NCBI GenBank assembly: GCA_036336835.1
Contig: JAYZFK010000034.1
Span: 32,001-96,000 of the forward strand
Source of the DNA: Myxococcota bacterium
Lineage (GTDB): Bacteria > Myxococcota_A > UBA9160 > UBA4427
Direction: 5' to 3'
DNA length: 64,000 bases
A program made the position numbers and the translations under genes. Each line of letters starts with the position of its first letter. Within the stretch, counting starts at the first letter, position 1. This document shows, piece by piece, positions 20,666-29,708 of the stretch. A model generated the notes under the pieces. It saw only the letters and a program-made list of their open reading frames with translations, was not told the origin of the DNA and searched no databases.

Positions 20666-20862
20666 CCGGCCCCGGAATCGAGAGCAGCGCAAAGGCCTAG
20701 CGATCGCGACCGGCGAGCTACCGACCGACCGACCGGAGATGCCGAGTCCGCGCCCTCGCTCGCGAACGCTTGCGGAGCGACCGCGCGGCGATCTCGAGCT
20801 CCTGGTCGAGGACGCCATGCGGGTGGAGGACGACCCCAGGGCGATCGTTCGGCTCGCGCTGT

Positions 20863-21957
20863 TCAGCCGGCGTCGACCGTGCGCTGTCCGAGCAGGTTGA
20901 GCTTGAACTTGCGAATGACCGCGGGCTCGATCCGCACGCCCTTCTCGTCCTCGAAGAACAGCGCGTCCTTCGGACATTGCACGACACAGGCGCCGCAACG
21001 GACACAACGGTCGTCGTGGGCCAGCTCGACCTTGCGCTCTCCTTCCCGCTTCTCGAAGCAGGCTTCGGGACACACCTCCCAGCAGCGGTACACGCCCTCG
21101 CAGCGCTCGGGGTCGAGCGTGATGCTCCACTCCCGCTGCTCGAAGTGGCTGCTGCCTTCGAGCGGGGTGCTGCCCGCGTAGTCGAACGTCAGGAGGAAGC
21201 CGATCACGCCGGGCAGCAGCGCAGCAGCCACCAGCGCCGGCGCTCCCCCGCCTGCAAGAAACGTCCCGAGCACGGCCAGCGCCGAGCTCACCAGGACGAG
21301 AACCGGGCGGCGCGCGCTGCCGAGGCGGTCGTACAGGGTGAAGACCGCGACCGACATCGCGGCGATCAGAGCGATGACCGGCAGCGCCCAACCAGGTTGC
21401 AGCCAGAGTGCGATGCCTCCCGCGATGAGGGCCGCTGGGACGCCCCACATCGCGGCCATCTCGAGCCGCTCCGAGAGTGAGAAGCGGACGCGGCGCATCG
21501 CGTCGGTCTTCTCGCTCGTGGCGAGATACTCCGGCAGATCGCTCGCGCTCACCGGACCGAAGGCGACCTTCCAGCGGCAGCGGCGGAACACCTCGAGCGC
21601 CGTCACGCCCGTGGCGGCCAGCTGCGGGAGGATCACCCGGCGATGCTTCACCCGCTCAGCGATTCCCGAGGTCTTGAGCACGGTCACGACCTGGTGCGTC
21701 GAGAGATGGCCGCCGGCCGCCGCGCACCACACGTTGATTCCGCCCGAGGGCGCCACCAACAGCCACGCGTCGTGCCCTTCGAGCGCTCGAGCCAGCCGCC
21801 TCACTGTCAGGTCGTAGTTCCCGGTCAGCAGCACCGGGCTCGTCTCGTCGGGCTCGCCCAGGCGTCGTAGGCCGGGCTGGGTGGGCCACGGCGCGAAGCG
21901 AAACGCAGTCTGCAGCAGCTCGAGGCACCCGTCGCGGCATCGCGCGCCGATCGTCAT
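20863..21957 (-). CDS. HgcAB-like fusion protein (corrinoid-binding domain + TM region + ferredoxin)
   Basis: SPVLLTGNYxLT and cap-helix GINVWCAAAGG; LPQLAA; FGPV; about 4 TM helices; C-terminal CxxVxxCxxxCP and CxxCxxCxxxCP. Confidence 0.9.
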   Translation of the reverse strand: MTIGARCRDGCLELLQTAFRFAPWPTQPGLRRLGEPDETSPVLLTGNYDLTVRRLARALEGHDAWLLVAPSGGINVWCAAAGGHLSTHQVVTVLKTSGIAERVKHRRVILPQLAATGVTALEVFRRCRWKVAFGPVSASDLPEYLATSEKTDAMRRVRFSLSERLEMAAMWGVPAALIAGGIALWLQPGWALPVIALIAAMSVAVFTLYDRLGSARRPVLVLVSSALAVLGTFLAGGGAPALVAAALLPGVIGFLLTFDYAGSTPLEGSSHFEQREWSITLDPERCEGVYRCWEVCPEACFEKREGERKVELAHDDRCVRCGACVVQCPKDALFFEDEKGVRIEPAVIRKFKLNLLGQRTVDAG

Positions 21958-21961
21958 GCCC

Positions 21962-22618
21962 TCACGCTCCCTTGTGTGCGACCGCCAGGCTCAGCGTTCC
22001 CATCAGCCAGCTGCGTGGCTCTGCGAGCGACAAGCCTGTCGCGCGAAGTTCGCTTTGCAGGTCCGGGATGGGACGCGACACGGAGCCCACCAGGAGCCAG
22101 CCAGCGGCCGCCTGCGGAACGCGCATCACTCCCTGCAACACGCGCCTCCAGCCCGAGGGAGCTCGGACCTCGTCGGCGACGACCAGGCGTCCGCCCGGCG
22201 CCAGGCAGCGGGCCGCCTGGGCGAGGACGAAGGCTCGCTCGCTCGGCGACATGTCCGAGAGGCACAGGCTCAGCACGACGGCCTGGTAGCTCCCGGCAGC
22301 GAAACGATCGATCTCCGCAGCGGTCTGCTCGATCCACTCGACCTCCACCGCCGGGGCGCCGAGTCGCGACCTGGACTGCTCGAGCATCTCCGGGGCCTGG
22401 TCGATCGCGGTCACGCGCGCACCCCGCTCGAGCATCAGCGCCGTGACCGTTCCCGTTCCGCAGCCGACCTCGAGAACGCGGTCACCCAGCGAGACGACCG
22501 CAGCCCCTGCGACCGCCGCGTGGAGTCGGCCGACCCGCCCGAAGGTGAGCGCCTGCATGCCGGCGTCGTAGCGCCCGGGTGAGCCCTCGAGCCAGCGCAT
22601 GAGCGCGAGCGAGCTCAC
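21962..22618 (-). CDS. Class I SAM-dependent methyltransferase, corrinoid-protein-associated (CpaM-like)
   Basis: VLEVGCGTG motif I and LAPGGRL; N-terminus LMRWLEGSPGRYD as I recall from methyltransferases next to HgcAB-like fusions; ends 4 nt before the fusion gene. Confidence 0.85.
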   Translation of the reverse strand: MSSLALMRWLEGSPGRYDAGMQALTFGRVGRLHAAVAGAAVVSLGDRVLEVGCGTGTVTALMLERGARVTAIDQAPEMLEQSRSRLGAPAVEVEWIEQTAAEIDRFAAGSYQAVVLSLCLSDMSPSERAFVLAQAARCLAPGGRLVVADEVRAPSGWRRVLQGVMRVPQAAAGWLLVGSVSRPIPDLQSELRATGLSLAEPRSWLMGTLSLAVAHKGA

Positions 22619-23196
22619 GCTCGAACCATCCGGTGCATCGCGTCGACCAGGGCATCAGCGAGCACGTCTGGCTCGGGGAACCCGCGCGAATCGACGAAGT
22701 ACTGCAGCAGCAGCCCGTCGATCGCACCGATCACGATCGACGACAACACCCCTGCATCGGGCTGTGCCACAACGCTGCCGTCGCGCTGACCCTCGGCGAT
22801 GACGGCTGCCAGCTCGCGGCGGAGCCCGCGGAAGTACGAGCGGAGCCGGCTCGCACCCTCCATCCGCAGATCGAGAATCATGCGGCCAAACTCGGCCCAC
22901 TCCGGAAAGAGCGCAGCGCAGGCGCGCGAGAGCGACTCGAGGCGCGCGAGCGGGGCTCCCTCGCTGCGCAGACAGACGCGAAACAGCTCCCGCTCCTGCC
23001 CGAGCAGCTCGTTCAGCATGTCGCTCAGCAGCGCTTCCTTGTCGGCGTAGTAGTGGTAGAGGCTGGATCGGCCCATCCGCGCCTCCTGCGCAACGTGCGC
23101 GAGGCCGGTGCCGCGAACACCCCGCCGCGCGAAGACGCGCCGCGCCGCAGCGCGGATCTCCACTCGCTGGCTGGCGGCATCTACGATCTTCGGCAC
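22615..23196 (-). CDS. TetR/AcrR family regulator
   Basis: MPKIVD start; HTH VAQEARMGRSSLYHYY; 4-nt overlap with the methyltransferase gene. Confidence 0.92.
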   Translation of the reverse strand: MPKIVDAASQRVEIRAAARRVFARRGVRGTGLAHVAQEARMGRSSLYHYYADKEALLSDMLNELLGQERELFRVCLRSEGAPLARLESLSRACAALFPEWAEFGRMILDLRMEGASRLRSYFRGLRRELAAVIAEGQRDGSVVAQPDAGVLSSIVIGAIDGLLLQYFVDSRGFPEPDVLADALVDAMHRMVRA

Positions 23197-23209
23197 GCCG
23201 CGAGTCTAG

Positions 23210-23237
23210 TTTATTTCGACATCATTGTCGAAATAAA
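23210..23237. promoter_or_regulatory. TetR operator (perfect 12-bp-arm palindrome)
   Basis: TTTATTTCGACA-TCAT-TGTCGAAATAAA, 13 nt upstream of the TetR GTG. Confidence 0.8.
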
Positions 23238-23349
23238 TTTCGCGCGCCTTCTGGGAATGCGATACCGACCCGAACGAGCCCTCGAAGGACCGGCCCGCTG
23301 CAGATCCCTGGGATAGGATGCGCGACTCGCGATCCACCGAGGAGGGCTC

Positions 23350-23907
23350 ATGGAAAACCGCGCTGTACGCCTGGCGCCGCTCGCGCCCGACGACTGGAGC
23401 GAAGAAGCTCGGCACGCGCTCGCCGGGCTCACCCGTCCCGATGGCTCGGTACTCAACATCTTCGCGACCCTCGCGCGCCACCCGAAGTTGCTCGAGAGTT
23501 GGCTGGGCTTCGGGGTCCACGTGCTCGGCAGCTCGACGCTCGAGCCACGCGAGCGCGAGCTTGCGATCCTGCGCGTCGGCTGGCTGTGCCGGTCCGAGTA
23601 CGAATGGGGACAGCACGTCGCGATCGGCAAGCACGCCGGTGTGACGGACGTCGACCTCGCGCGCCTCGGCGACGGACCCGACGCCGCCGGCTGGAGCGAT
23701 CGCGAGCGCGCCATTCTCCACGCGGTCGACGCTCTCCACGAGACGCAAACCATCGGGGACGCCGAGTGGCGTGCACTCGCTCAGCACCTCGACGAGCGCC
23801 AGCTGCTCGATCTCGTATTCACTGTGGGGCAGTACACGCTCGTCTCGATGGCACTGAACACACTCGGCATCCCGCTCGACGACGGCGTCTCCGGCTTCCC
23901 GAGCTGA
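23350..23907 (+). CDS. Carboxymuconolactone decarboxylase/AhpD-like protein
   Basis: LARHPKL and RERELAILRV..LCRSEYEWGQH motifs. Confidence 0.88.
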   Translation: MENRAVRLAPLAPDDWSEEARHALAGLTRPDGSVLNIFATLARHPKLLESWLGFGVHVLGSSTLEPRERELAILRVGWLCRSEYEWGQHVAIGKHAGVTDVDLARLGDGPDAAGWSDRERAILHAVDALHETQTIGDAEWRALAQHLDERQLLDLVFTVGQYTLVSMALNTLGIPLDDGVSGFPS

Positions 23908-23943
23908 CTGCTAGTATGCGCGACTGGCTGCACGTGGAGAAGG

Positions 23944-24543
23944 ATGAGCGACGCCACCCCGCCCGAAGCGAATGATGAAGCGGAATCGCTGGATCCCGAC
24001 TCCACAGACGACGTGCCGCCGTGGTACCGCGAGTCCTGGGCGCGCTTTGCGGTCGGCTTCAGCCTCAGCGTTACGATCTTTGAGGTGGCCTACTACGGCG
24101 TAGTCCTCGAGAGCGACGCGTTCGGCTCGTTCATGAGGGTTCTCGCCGAGGCGACCGGCGCGTTGCTCGAGCCGTTCTACGAACGCGTCAGCGTGGTGAA
24201 CTCACGCGTCGCGACGAACAAATTCGTCGTCAACGTGGACCAGGGCTGCGACGGCCTGCAAGTCGGAACGCTGCTGACTGCGGCAGTCCTCGCGTTCCCA
24301 TCCACGTGGCGACAGAAGCTCGTCGGCGTCATCGCTGGCAACCTGTGGCTGCAGAGTTGGAACGTCGTGCGCATTGCGACCCTGGTCGCAGTCGGTGGAA
24401 TCGAACGCAGCTGGTTCTACCCGACGCACGAGTACATCTGGCCTACGCTCCTGATCGCGCTCTGCCTGGCAACCTGGATGTGGTGGGCGCGCTGGACGCT
24501 GAGCAACCATGAGCCCCTCCGACCAGCCGACACCGCCGCCTGA
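23944..24543 (+). CDS. Exosortase/archaeosortase family protein (short, XrtH-like)
   Basis: Multi-TM; Cys in GCDGL, Arg in NVVRI and His in THEYIWP match the exosortase Cys/Arg/His triad. Confidence 0.82.
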   Translation: MSDATPPEANDEAESLDPDSTDDVPPWYRESWARFAVGFSLSVTIFEVAYYGVVLESDAFGSFMRVLAEATGALLEPFYERVSVVNSRVATNKFVVNVDQGCDGLQVGTLLTAAVLAFPSTWRQKLVGVIAGNLWLQSWNVVRIATLVAVGGIERSWFYPTHEYIWPTLLIALCLATWMWWARWTLSNHEPLRPADTAA

Positions 24544-25162
24544 ACCCAAGCCGCTGCAGACCTTTGGACTGCACGTCGTCTTCATCTCGTTGCTCCTCTG
24601 GATGCTCCCCTCGCTCGCTGCCGCCTTCGGTTTCGGCTTCACGACGGCCGGCAATGCGGTGCTCGGCCGACTTGGCTCGGACCTGCGGGTCGAGTATCGC
24701 TGGGTGCCGCCCAACGAGCGCGTGCTGCAGGGCGAGATCGAGATGGTCGGGTGGGTGGCTGGGTACCAGAACGCCGCGTGGGAAAGTCGCTACGAGATCC
24801 GCGAGCGCGCTTACCTCCCAACCACCATCCTGATTGCCCTGATCCTGGCGACGCCCGCGAGTCGACCTCGCCACGTTGCCGGCATTGTGCTCGGTGCCAG
24901 CTTCCTCAATTTCTTCTACCTCGCCCAGACGGGGCTGCTCGCCGCCTGTCTGTTCGCCTCCGTGGAGCCGGACCTGATCGCCCTCGGCGGGGCGCTCGCA
25001 GCGATGCTCCCCGTGGTCAAGGCGTTCTTCGGCTCCCCGCTGGTGCGCTATGCCGCCGTGTTTGCGATCTGGGCAGTGGCGGCGACCCCAGCCCGCGGAC
25101 TCGACCTGGGCGCGGCCAGCGAACGTCTGGCGTCCCTGCTGGGCCGCCGCGGGACGCAGTGA
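24509..25162 (+). CDS. Exosortase-associated membrane protein
   Basis: About 4 TM helices with YLPxxxLxALxLATP; overlaps the exosortase gene. Confidence 0.6.
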   Translation: MSPSDQPTPPPEPKPLQTFGLHVVFISLLLWMLPSLAAAFGFGFTTAGNAVLGRLGSDLRVEYRWVPPNERVLQGEIEMVGWVAGYQNAAWESRYEIRERAYLPTTILIALILATPASRPRHVAGIVLGASFLNFFYLAQTGLLAACLFASVEPDLIALGGALAAMLPVVKAFFGSPLVRYAAVFAIWAVAATPARGLDLGAASERLASLLGRRGTQ

Positions 25163-25165
25163 CCG

Positions 25166-26890
25166 CTAACGAGCTTCCGGCTCCCCGGCAGCCGCGCGCT
25201 GGGACCAGTCGAACCAGCGCTCGTAGCGAATCTCGCGGACTGCTCGGTACACGCGATAGCGGTCCGGGACCGCCGGGCCGAGCAGGTAGGGGACTGCACC
25301 CAGGTTGCTCGCGTTGAAACTGGCACCGCTCTGCTTGACCTGAGTGTGGATCCAACGCGGCTCCGGTCGCTCGAGCTCGTCGATCAGCGTGGCCGCGTGC
25401 TCCGACGGAACGTGCACCTCGGCGTTGTTGCTCGCAACGATCAGCCGATCGCCGGGGCGAATCACGACGGTCCGCCAATCGACCGGCCGGGCGCCGGCTC
25501 GCTGGAGGTAGAACTGGAGCCCCCAGTGACCGTGGAACCAGACAGTCCCGCCCCTGCCGTGCCGGGCGACGAGCTCTTGCGCCGCTTCTCGGACACCGTT
25601 CGACCAGGTGCGGTCGGCCCAGGCCACGCCGAGAGCGAGGGCCGCACAGACGAGTGACGCCGCGACGAGCCCTGGCTGAGCGAGCGAGTGGCCGCGGCCG
25701 TGAAGGCGGCGCACGATCAGGATCGCGACCACGGGCGCCAGCACCAGGTTCGAGCGGCCGTTGTTGGTCCAGTTCACGAACGCGGCAAAAGCGAACGAGC
25801 CCAGCAGCCACAGCCCGAGCAGCCAGCGCTCCGGATCGCGGTTGCGCCGCAGCTCGCTGATCGCGAGCGCGAGCAGCGACACCCCGCCGAGCGACATCGC
25901 AGCGAGTTGCCACGCGAACCAGCGACTCGCGGCACCTGTCTCGGACGCGACCGGCAGGCCGATCCAGCCCAGACTCATCGGTGCGAGCAGCGTGAAGCCG
26001 GCGCCGATCGCGAGACCGACGCCCAGCGCGCGCCGGCTCCACAGCCAGGGACCCAGCAGCAACGCCGGCGCGACGCTCCCGCCCGCAAAGGCCAACCCCT
26101 CGACGAACTGGCGCAGGGGTGTCGGCCGCACGATGCCCTCGGTGTGCAGCGCCTCGGCCATCGCCTGCTCGATCGCGCCGGCGCCGTAGCGGACGTGCAT
26201 CACGAGCTCCAGCCCCGCGAGCGCGACGACGGGAAGCAGTAGTGGCAGAGCGAAGCGTCGCAACGCCATCCGCCGGGCCAGCGAATAGGCGACCAGCAGC
26301 GGCACCAGCGCAATCGCGAAGTACTTCGTCCAGACAGCGAGCGCGGCGAGCAGCGCGGCTCCCCACAGCCAGCCATCGCCATCGCCCTGCGCACCGCGCA
26401 GCCAGCACAGCAGCGCCAAGAGCCACAGCGCGAGCATCGGGACGTCGCTCATCAACGTGTTCGCACACACCAGGAAGACGGGCGTTGCGATCGCCAGCAA
26501 CGCCGCGGGCAACGCGTCAGCGTCCAGCCGCCGCGCCAGTCCCCAGGTCGCCAGGCCAGCTCCGGCAGCCGGGAGCGCGAATGCAACGTGGAGCGCCCGC
26601 TCGCTCCAGCCTGCGACCGCAGCAATGGCCGCGATCGCGTAGCCGGTGAGCGGAGGATTGCGTGTCACCGCGTACATGGGCTGCTCGGTGCCGTACCAGT
26701 TGACCCCAAATCCGAAGAAATCGAGTGGCTCGCGTCGGATTTGCTCGGCCAGCCACAGAAAGAGCGGCTCGTCGATGTTGAAGGCCCTGTCGGACAGAGC
26801 GAGCAGCGGAAGCAGGACGGCTGCCAGGACGATGCCCAGCTCGCGGCCGGTGCGCGGGTGGGCTGCGGCGTTGCCGGGGCCGGAGTGCAC
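25166..26890 (-). CDS. GT-C fold glycosyltransferase (ArnT/PMT-like)
   Basis: DE motif after TM1 (NIDEP), NPPL, MSD and TKY; many TM helices. Start approximate. Confidence 0.85.
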   Translation of the reverse strand: MHSGPGNAAAHPRTGRELGIVLAAVLLPLLALSDRAFNIDEPLFLWLAEQIRREPLDFFGFGVNWYGTEQPMYAVTRNPPLTGYAIAAIAAVAGWSERALHVAFALPAAGAGLATWGLARRLDADALPAALLAIATPVFLVCANTLMSDVPMLALWLLALLCWLRGAQGDGDGWLWGAALLAALAVWTKYFAIALVPLLVAYSLARRMALRRFALPLLLPVVALAGLELVMHVRYGAGAIEQAMAEALHTEGIVRPTPLRQFVEGLAFAGGSVAPALLLGPWLWSRRALGVGLAIGAGFTLLAPMSLGWIGLPVASETGAASRWFAWQLAAMSLGGVSLLALAISELRRNRDPERWLLGLWLLGSFAFAAFVNWTNNGRSNLVLAPVVAILIVRRLHGRGHSLAQPGLVAASLVCAALALGVAWADRTWSNGVREAAQELVARHGRGGTVWFHGHWGLQFYLQRAGARPVDWRTVVIRPGDRLIVASNNAEVHVPSEHAATLIDELERPEPRWIHTQVKQSGASFNASNLGAVPYLLGPAVPDRYRVYRAVREIRYERWFDWSQRAAAGEPEAR

Positions 26891-27009
26891 GACGGGCGCC
26901 AACGTACCACTGCGCGGGACCGGCAGCCCGCGGGCCGGCGATGGCCGAGCGGTGGCTATGCTCGCGCTGGTGCGCGGATTCCCCGCGTGGAGAGGCGCCG
27001 CCGGCAAGC

Positions 27010-28503
27010 ATGTCCGCCGAGGCAAGCACCGAGTCCACGACCGCCAGCGGTGCGGCCGGAGCGCCGCTGCAGCTCGGGCTGCTACTCGCGGTCGCGGTCG
27101 GGCTCCGCAGCTACCGACTCGACGCTCCTCTGTGGTACGACGAGATCGTCACGCTCGTCGAATACGTCCGACTCGCGCCGAGCGACTTGCTCACGCACTA
27201 CACGAGCACGAACAACCACCTGCTCTACAGCCTGCTGGCCCACGCGAGCGTCGCGGGATTCGGCGAGAGCGCCTGGGCGCTGCGCCTGCCCGCCGCACTG
27301 CTCGGCGTGGCGAGCCTGGCGGCCTTCTGGTGGATGGCGCACGAGTTCGTGGCAGCCCGCCAGGCCCGCCTCGCGAGCTGGGCGATCGCCCTCTCCTACC
27401 ACCACGTCTGGTTCTCGCAGAACGCGCGTGGCTACACCGGAATTCTGCTCTCCGCCTGGCTCGGGACGGCCCTGTTCCTGCGCGCTCGCCGCGGCGGTCC
27501 AGCGCGCCTGTGGCTCGCCTACGCCGTGGCGCTCGCTCTCGGCACCTGGATCCACCTCTCGACCCTGTTCGTCTTCGCAGCGCACGGCATCGTCTACCTG
27601 GCGGAGGAGCTCGTTGCGCAGGGCCGCGACGACCGGCGCTTCGACGCGCGCCCCCTCGCCGCTTTGGCTGGCGGCCTGCTGCTCGCACTGGCGCTCTACG
27701 CGCCGCTACTGCCCGAGCTCGCCGAGACGCTCACCAGCCAGCACAGCGCCGGCCGCGGGAGCAACACTGTTACCACCTGGAAGAGTCCTGTCTGGACCCT
27801 GCTGGAGGCCGCGCGCGGGCTTCAGCTCGGCGGCGCTTCGCCCTTGGTCGCGCTGCTCGGGGTCGGGCTCGCGGGGTGCGGGCTGATTTCCTTTGCGCGG
27901 TCGCGCCCCGGCGACGCGCTGCTGCTCACGGCGCCGGGCGCGATCGCGATCGCTGCACTCCTCGCGGCAGGCTTCAACATCTGGCCGCGCTATTTCCTCG
28001 TGAGCCTCGGTTTCGCCGCCATCCTCGGCGTGCGCGGGGCCTTCAGCGCCGCAGGGCTCATCGTGACGAGCCCCACCCGTGCCGAGCACCTGGCGACGGC
28101 AGCCTGCATCACGGGGATCGCTCTCTCGGCGGCCACCCTCCCGCTCAACTACCGCTACCCGAAGCAGGACTACCCGGCTGCCCGCTCGCTGATCGTCGAC
28201 CGCCGCGGCGCAGACGAGCCGGTCCTTGCGCTGGGGCTCGCCGACTACGCGTACGGCCGATACTTCGAGCCCGGGTGGGGGACGCTCGAATCCGTCGAGC
28301 AGCTCGACCGACTGGAGGAGGAGCACGCGAGCCTGTGGATCGTCTACTCCTTCCCGACGCTCCTTCGGGCCTCCCGCCCCGAGCTGTTCGCGAGAGTCGA
28401 GCGGGGGTACGAGCGGGTTCGAAGCTTCCACGGCACGCTGGGAGACGGCGACGTGCACGTGTTGCGATCGCGCTCCGTGCCAACACGGGGGAGGCAACCG
28501 TGA
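27010..28503 (+). CDS. GT-C fold glycosyltransferase (PMT-like)
   Basis: LWYDE, NNHLLY, ALRLP and SQNARGY motifs; many TM helices. Confidence 0.85.
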   Translation: MSAEASTESTTASGAAGAPLQLGLLLAVAVGLRSYRLDAPLWYDEIVTLVEYVRLAPSDLLTHYTSTNNHLLYSLLAHASVAGFGESAWALRLPAALLGVASLAAFWWMAHEFVAARQARLASWAIALSYHHVWFSQNARGYTGILLSAWLGTALFLRARRGGPARLWLAYAVALALGTWIHLSTLFVFAAHGIVYLAEELVAQGRDDRRFDARPLAALAGGLLLALALYAPLLPELAETLTSQHSAGRGSNTVTTWKSPVWTLLEAARGLQLGGASPLVALLGVGLAGCGLISFARSRPGDALLLTAPGAIAIAALLAAGFNIWPRYFLVSLGFAAILGVRGAFSAAGLIVTSPTRAEHLATAACITGIALSAATLPLNYRYPKQDYPAARSLIVDRRGADEPVLALGLADYAYGRYFEPGWGTLESVEQLDRLEEEHASLWIVYSFPTLLRASRPELFARVERGYERVRSFHGTLGDGDVHVLRSRSVPTRGRQP

Positions 28504-29708
28504 CGCCTGGCCTGCGGATCGGCATCGACGCGACCTGCCTCGCAGCGGGCCGAGGCTACGGGCGGTTCGTTCGCGAGCTGCTGCCGCCGCTGCTGCGCGA
28601 AGACGACCAGAACGAATACGTGCTGTTCGCCGACGAGCACACGGGGCCTGAGCTCGAGCTCCTGCCCGGGCGCCGCGTCCTGCTGCCGACCTCCCAGCCT
28701 CAAGCCCAGGCAGCATCGGCCCGCGGGCGGCGCCGCGTCGCCGACATGTGGCGCATGGGTCGGGCGGTCGCCGATGCGTCACTCGATGTCGTCTACTTCC
28801 CCTCGGTCTACAGCTTCTACCCGGTCCCCGGCCCCACCCCGGTCGCCGTCGCGATCCACGACGTGATCCCGGAACGACACGGCGACGTGGTGTTCCCGAC
28901 CCGGTGGAATCGCCTGCTGTGGAACACCAAGGTGCGGTGGGCACGGCGTCGCGCTCGCGCGTTGATCACGGTGTCCGAGTGGTCGCGGCGCGCACTGTGC
29001 GAGGAGTTCGGCACGCCCGAGCGCGAGATCTATGTCACGCTCGAAGCGCCGGCGCCCGGCTTTCGCCCGGTCGGCGAGCCCGAGACGCTGCGCTGCTGGC
29101 TGGCGGCGCACGGCCTGCCCGAGGAAGCGGCCTACTTCCTCTACGTCGGCGGCTTCAATCCGCACAAGAACCTCGGCGTCCTGCTCGATGCCTTTGCCAC
29201 GGTCGCCCGCGCGCGGCCGGCGCTGCAGCTGCTGCTCGTGGGAGACTACGAGGGAGATGTCTTCCACAGCGATATCGCGGGCCTGCGCGAGCAGATCGCC
29301 CGGCACGGCATCGCCGACCGCGTCCACTGGACGGGCTACCTCGAGGACGAGCCCCTGCGCCACCTGTACGCAGGCGCCCTGGCCCTGTTGCTTCCCTCGC
29401 TAGAGGAAGGCTTCGGGCTCCCGGCGTTCGAAGCCGCCGCCTGTGGAACGGGCTGCATCGCCACGCGCAACAGCCCGCTGCCCGAGATGCTCGACGGGGC
29501 CGGGGTCTTCGTCGATCCGCGGGACGAGGCAGCGCTGCAGGGCGCCCTGACGCTCGTCGCCGACGACCCGGCGGTGCGCCGTGCCTTCGGCGCCAGGGCC
29601 CTCGCGCGCGTCGCTGGCCTCTCCTGGAGCTCGACGGCCAGGCAGACGCGAGAGGCGCTGGCCTCGATCGCGCAGCGCCCCGAGCGCGGCGCCCGGGGGC
29701 CGTCGTGA
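28500..29708 (+). CDS. Glycosyltransferase family 4
   Basis: IGIDA, IHD, HKN and EGFGLPAFEA motifs; GTGA coupling to the previous gene. Confidence 0.92.
   Translation: MTPGLRIGIDATCLAAGRGYGRFVRELLPPLLREDDQNEYVLFADEHTGPELELLPGRRVLLPTSQPQAQAASARGRRRVADMWRMGRAVADASLDVVYFPSVYSFYPVPGPTPVAVAIHDVIPERHGDVVFPTRWNRLLWNTKVRWARRRARALITVSEWSRRALCEEFGTPEREIYVTLEAPAPGFRPVGEPETLRCWLAAHGLPEEAAYFLYVGGFNPHKNLGVLLDAFATVARARPALQLLLVGDYEGDVFHSDIAGLREQIARHGIADRVHWTGYLEDEPLRHLYAGALALLLPSLEEGFGLPAFEAAACGTGCIATRNSPLPEMLDGAGVFVDPRDEAALQGALTLVADDPAVRRAFGARALARVAGLSWSSTARQTREALASIAQRPERGARGPS

Noticed and set aside
20666..20862. Gap between convergent genes with a CCGA micro-repeat
   Set aside because: No credible ORF, RNA motif or terminator.
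20863..21957. Calling this a true mercury-methylation hgcA/hgcB
   Set aside because: It is fused, has a variant cap helix and lacks the HgcB terminal Cys pair. Tested fused homologs did not methylate Hg.
26646..29708. Apparent giant fusions in the ORF track (1020 aa here; also 28748, 31981, 32883, 37801, 44361, 45806)
   Set aside because: The N-terminal extensions overlap upstream genes in another frame. The real starts are at coupled GTGA/ATGA/TTGA junctions.
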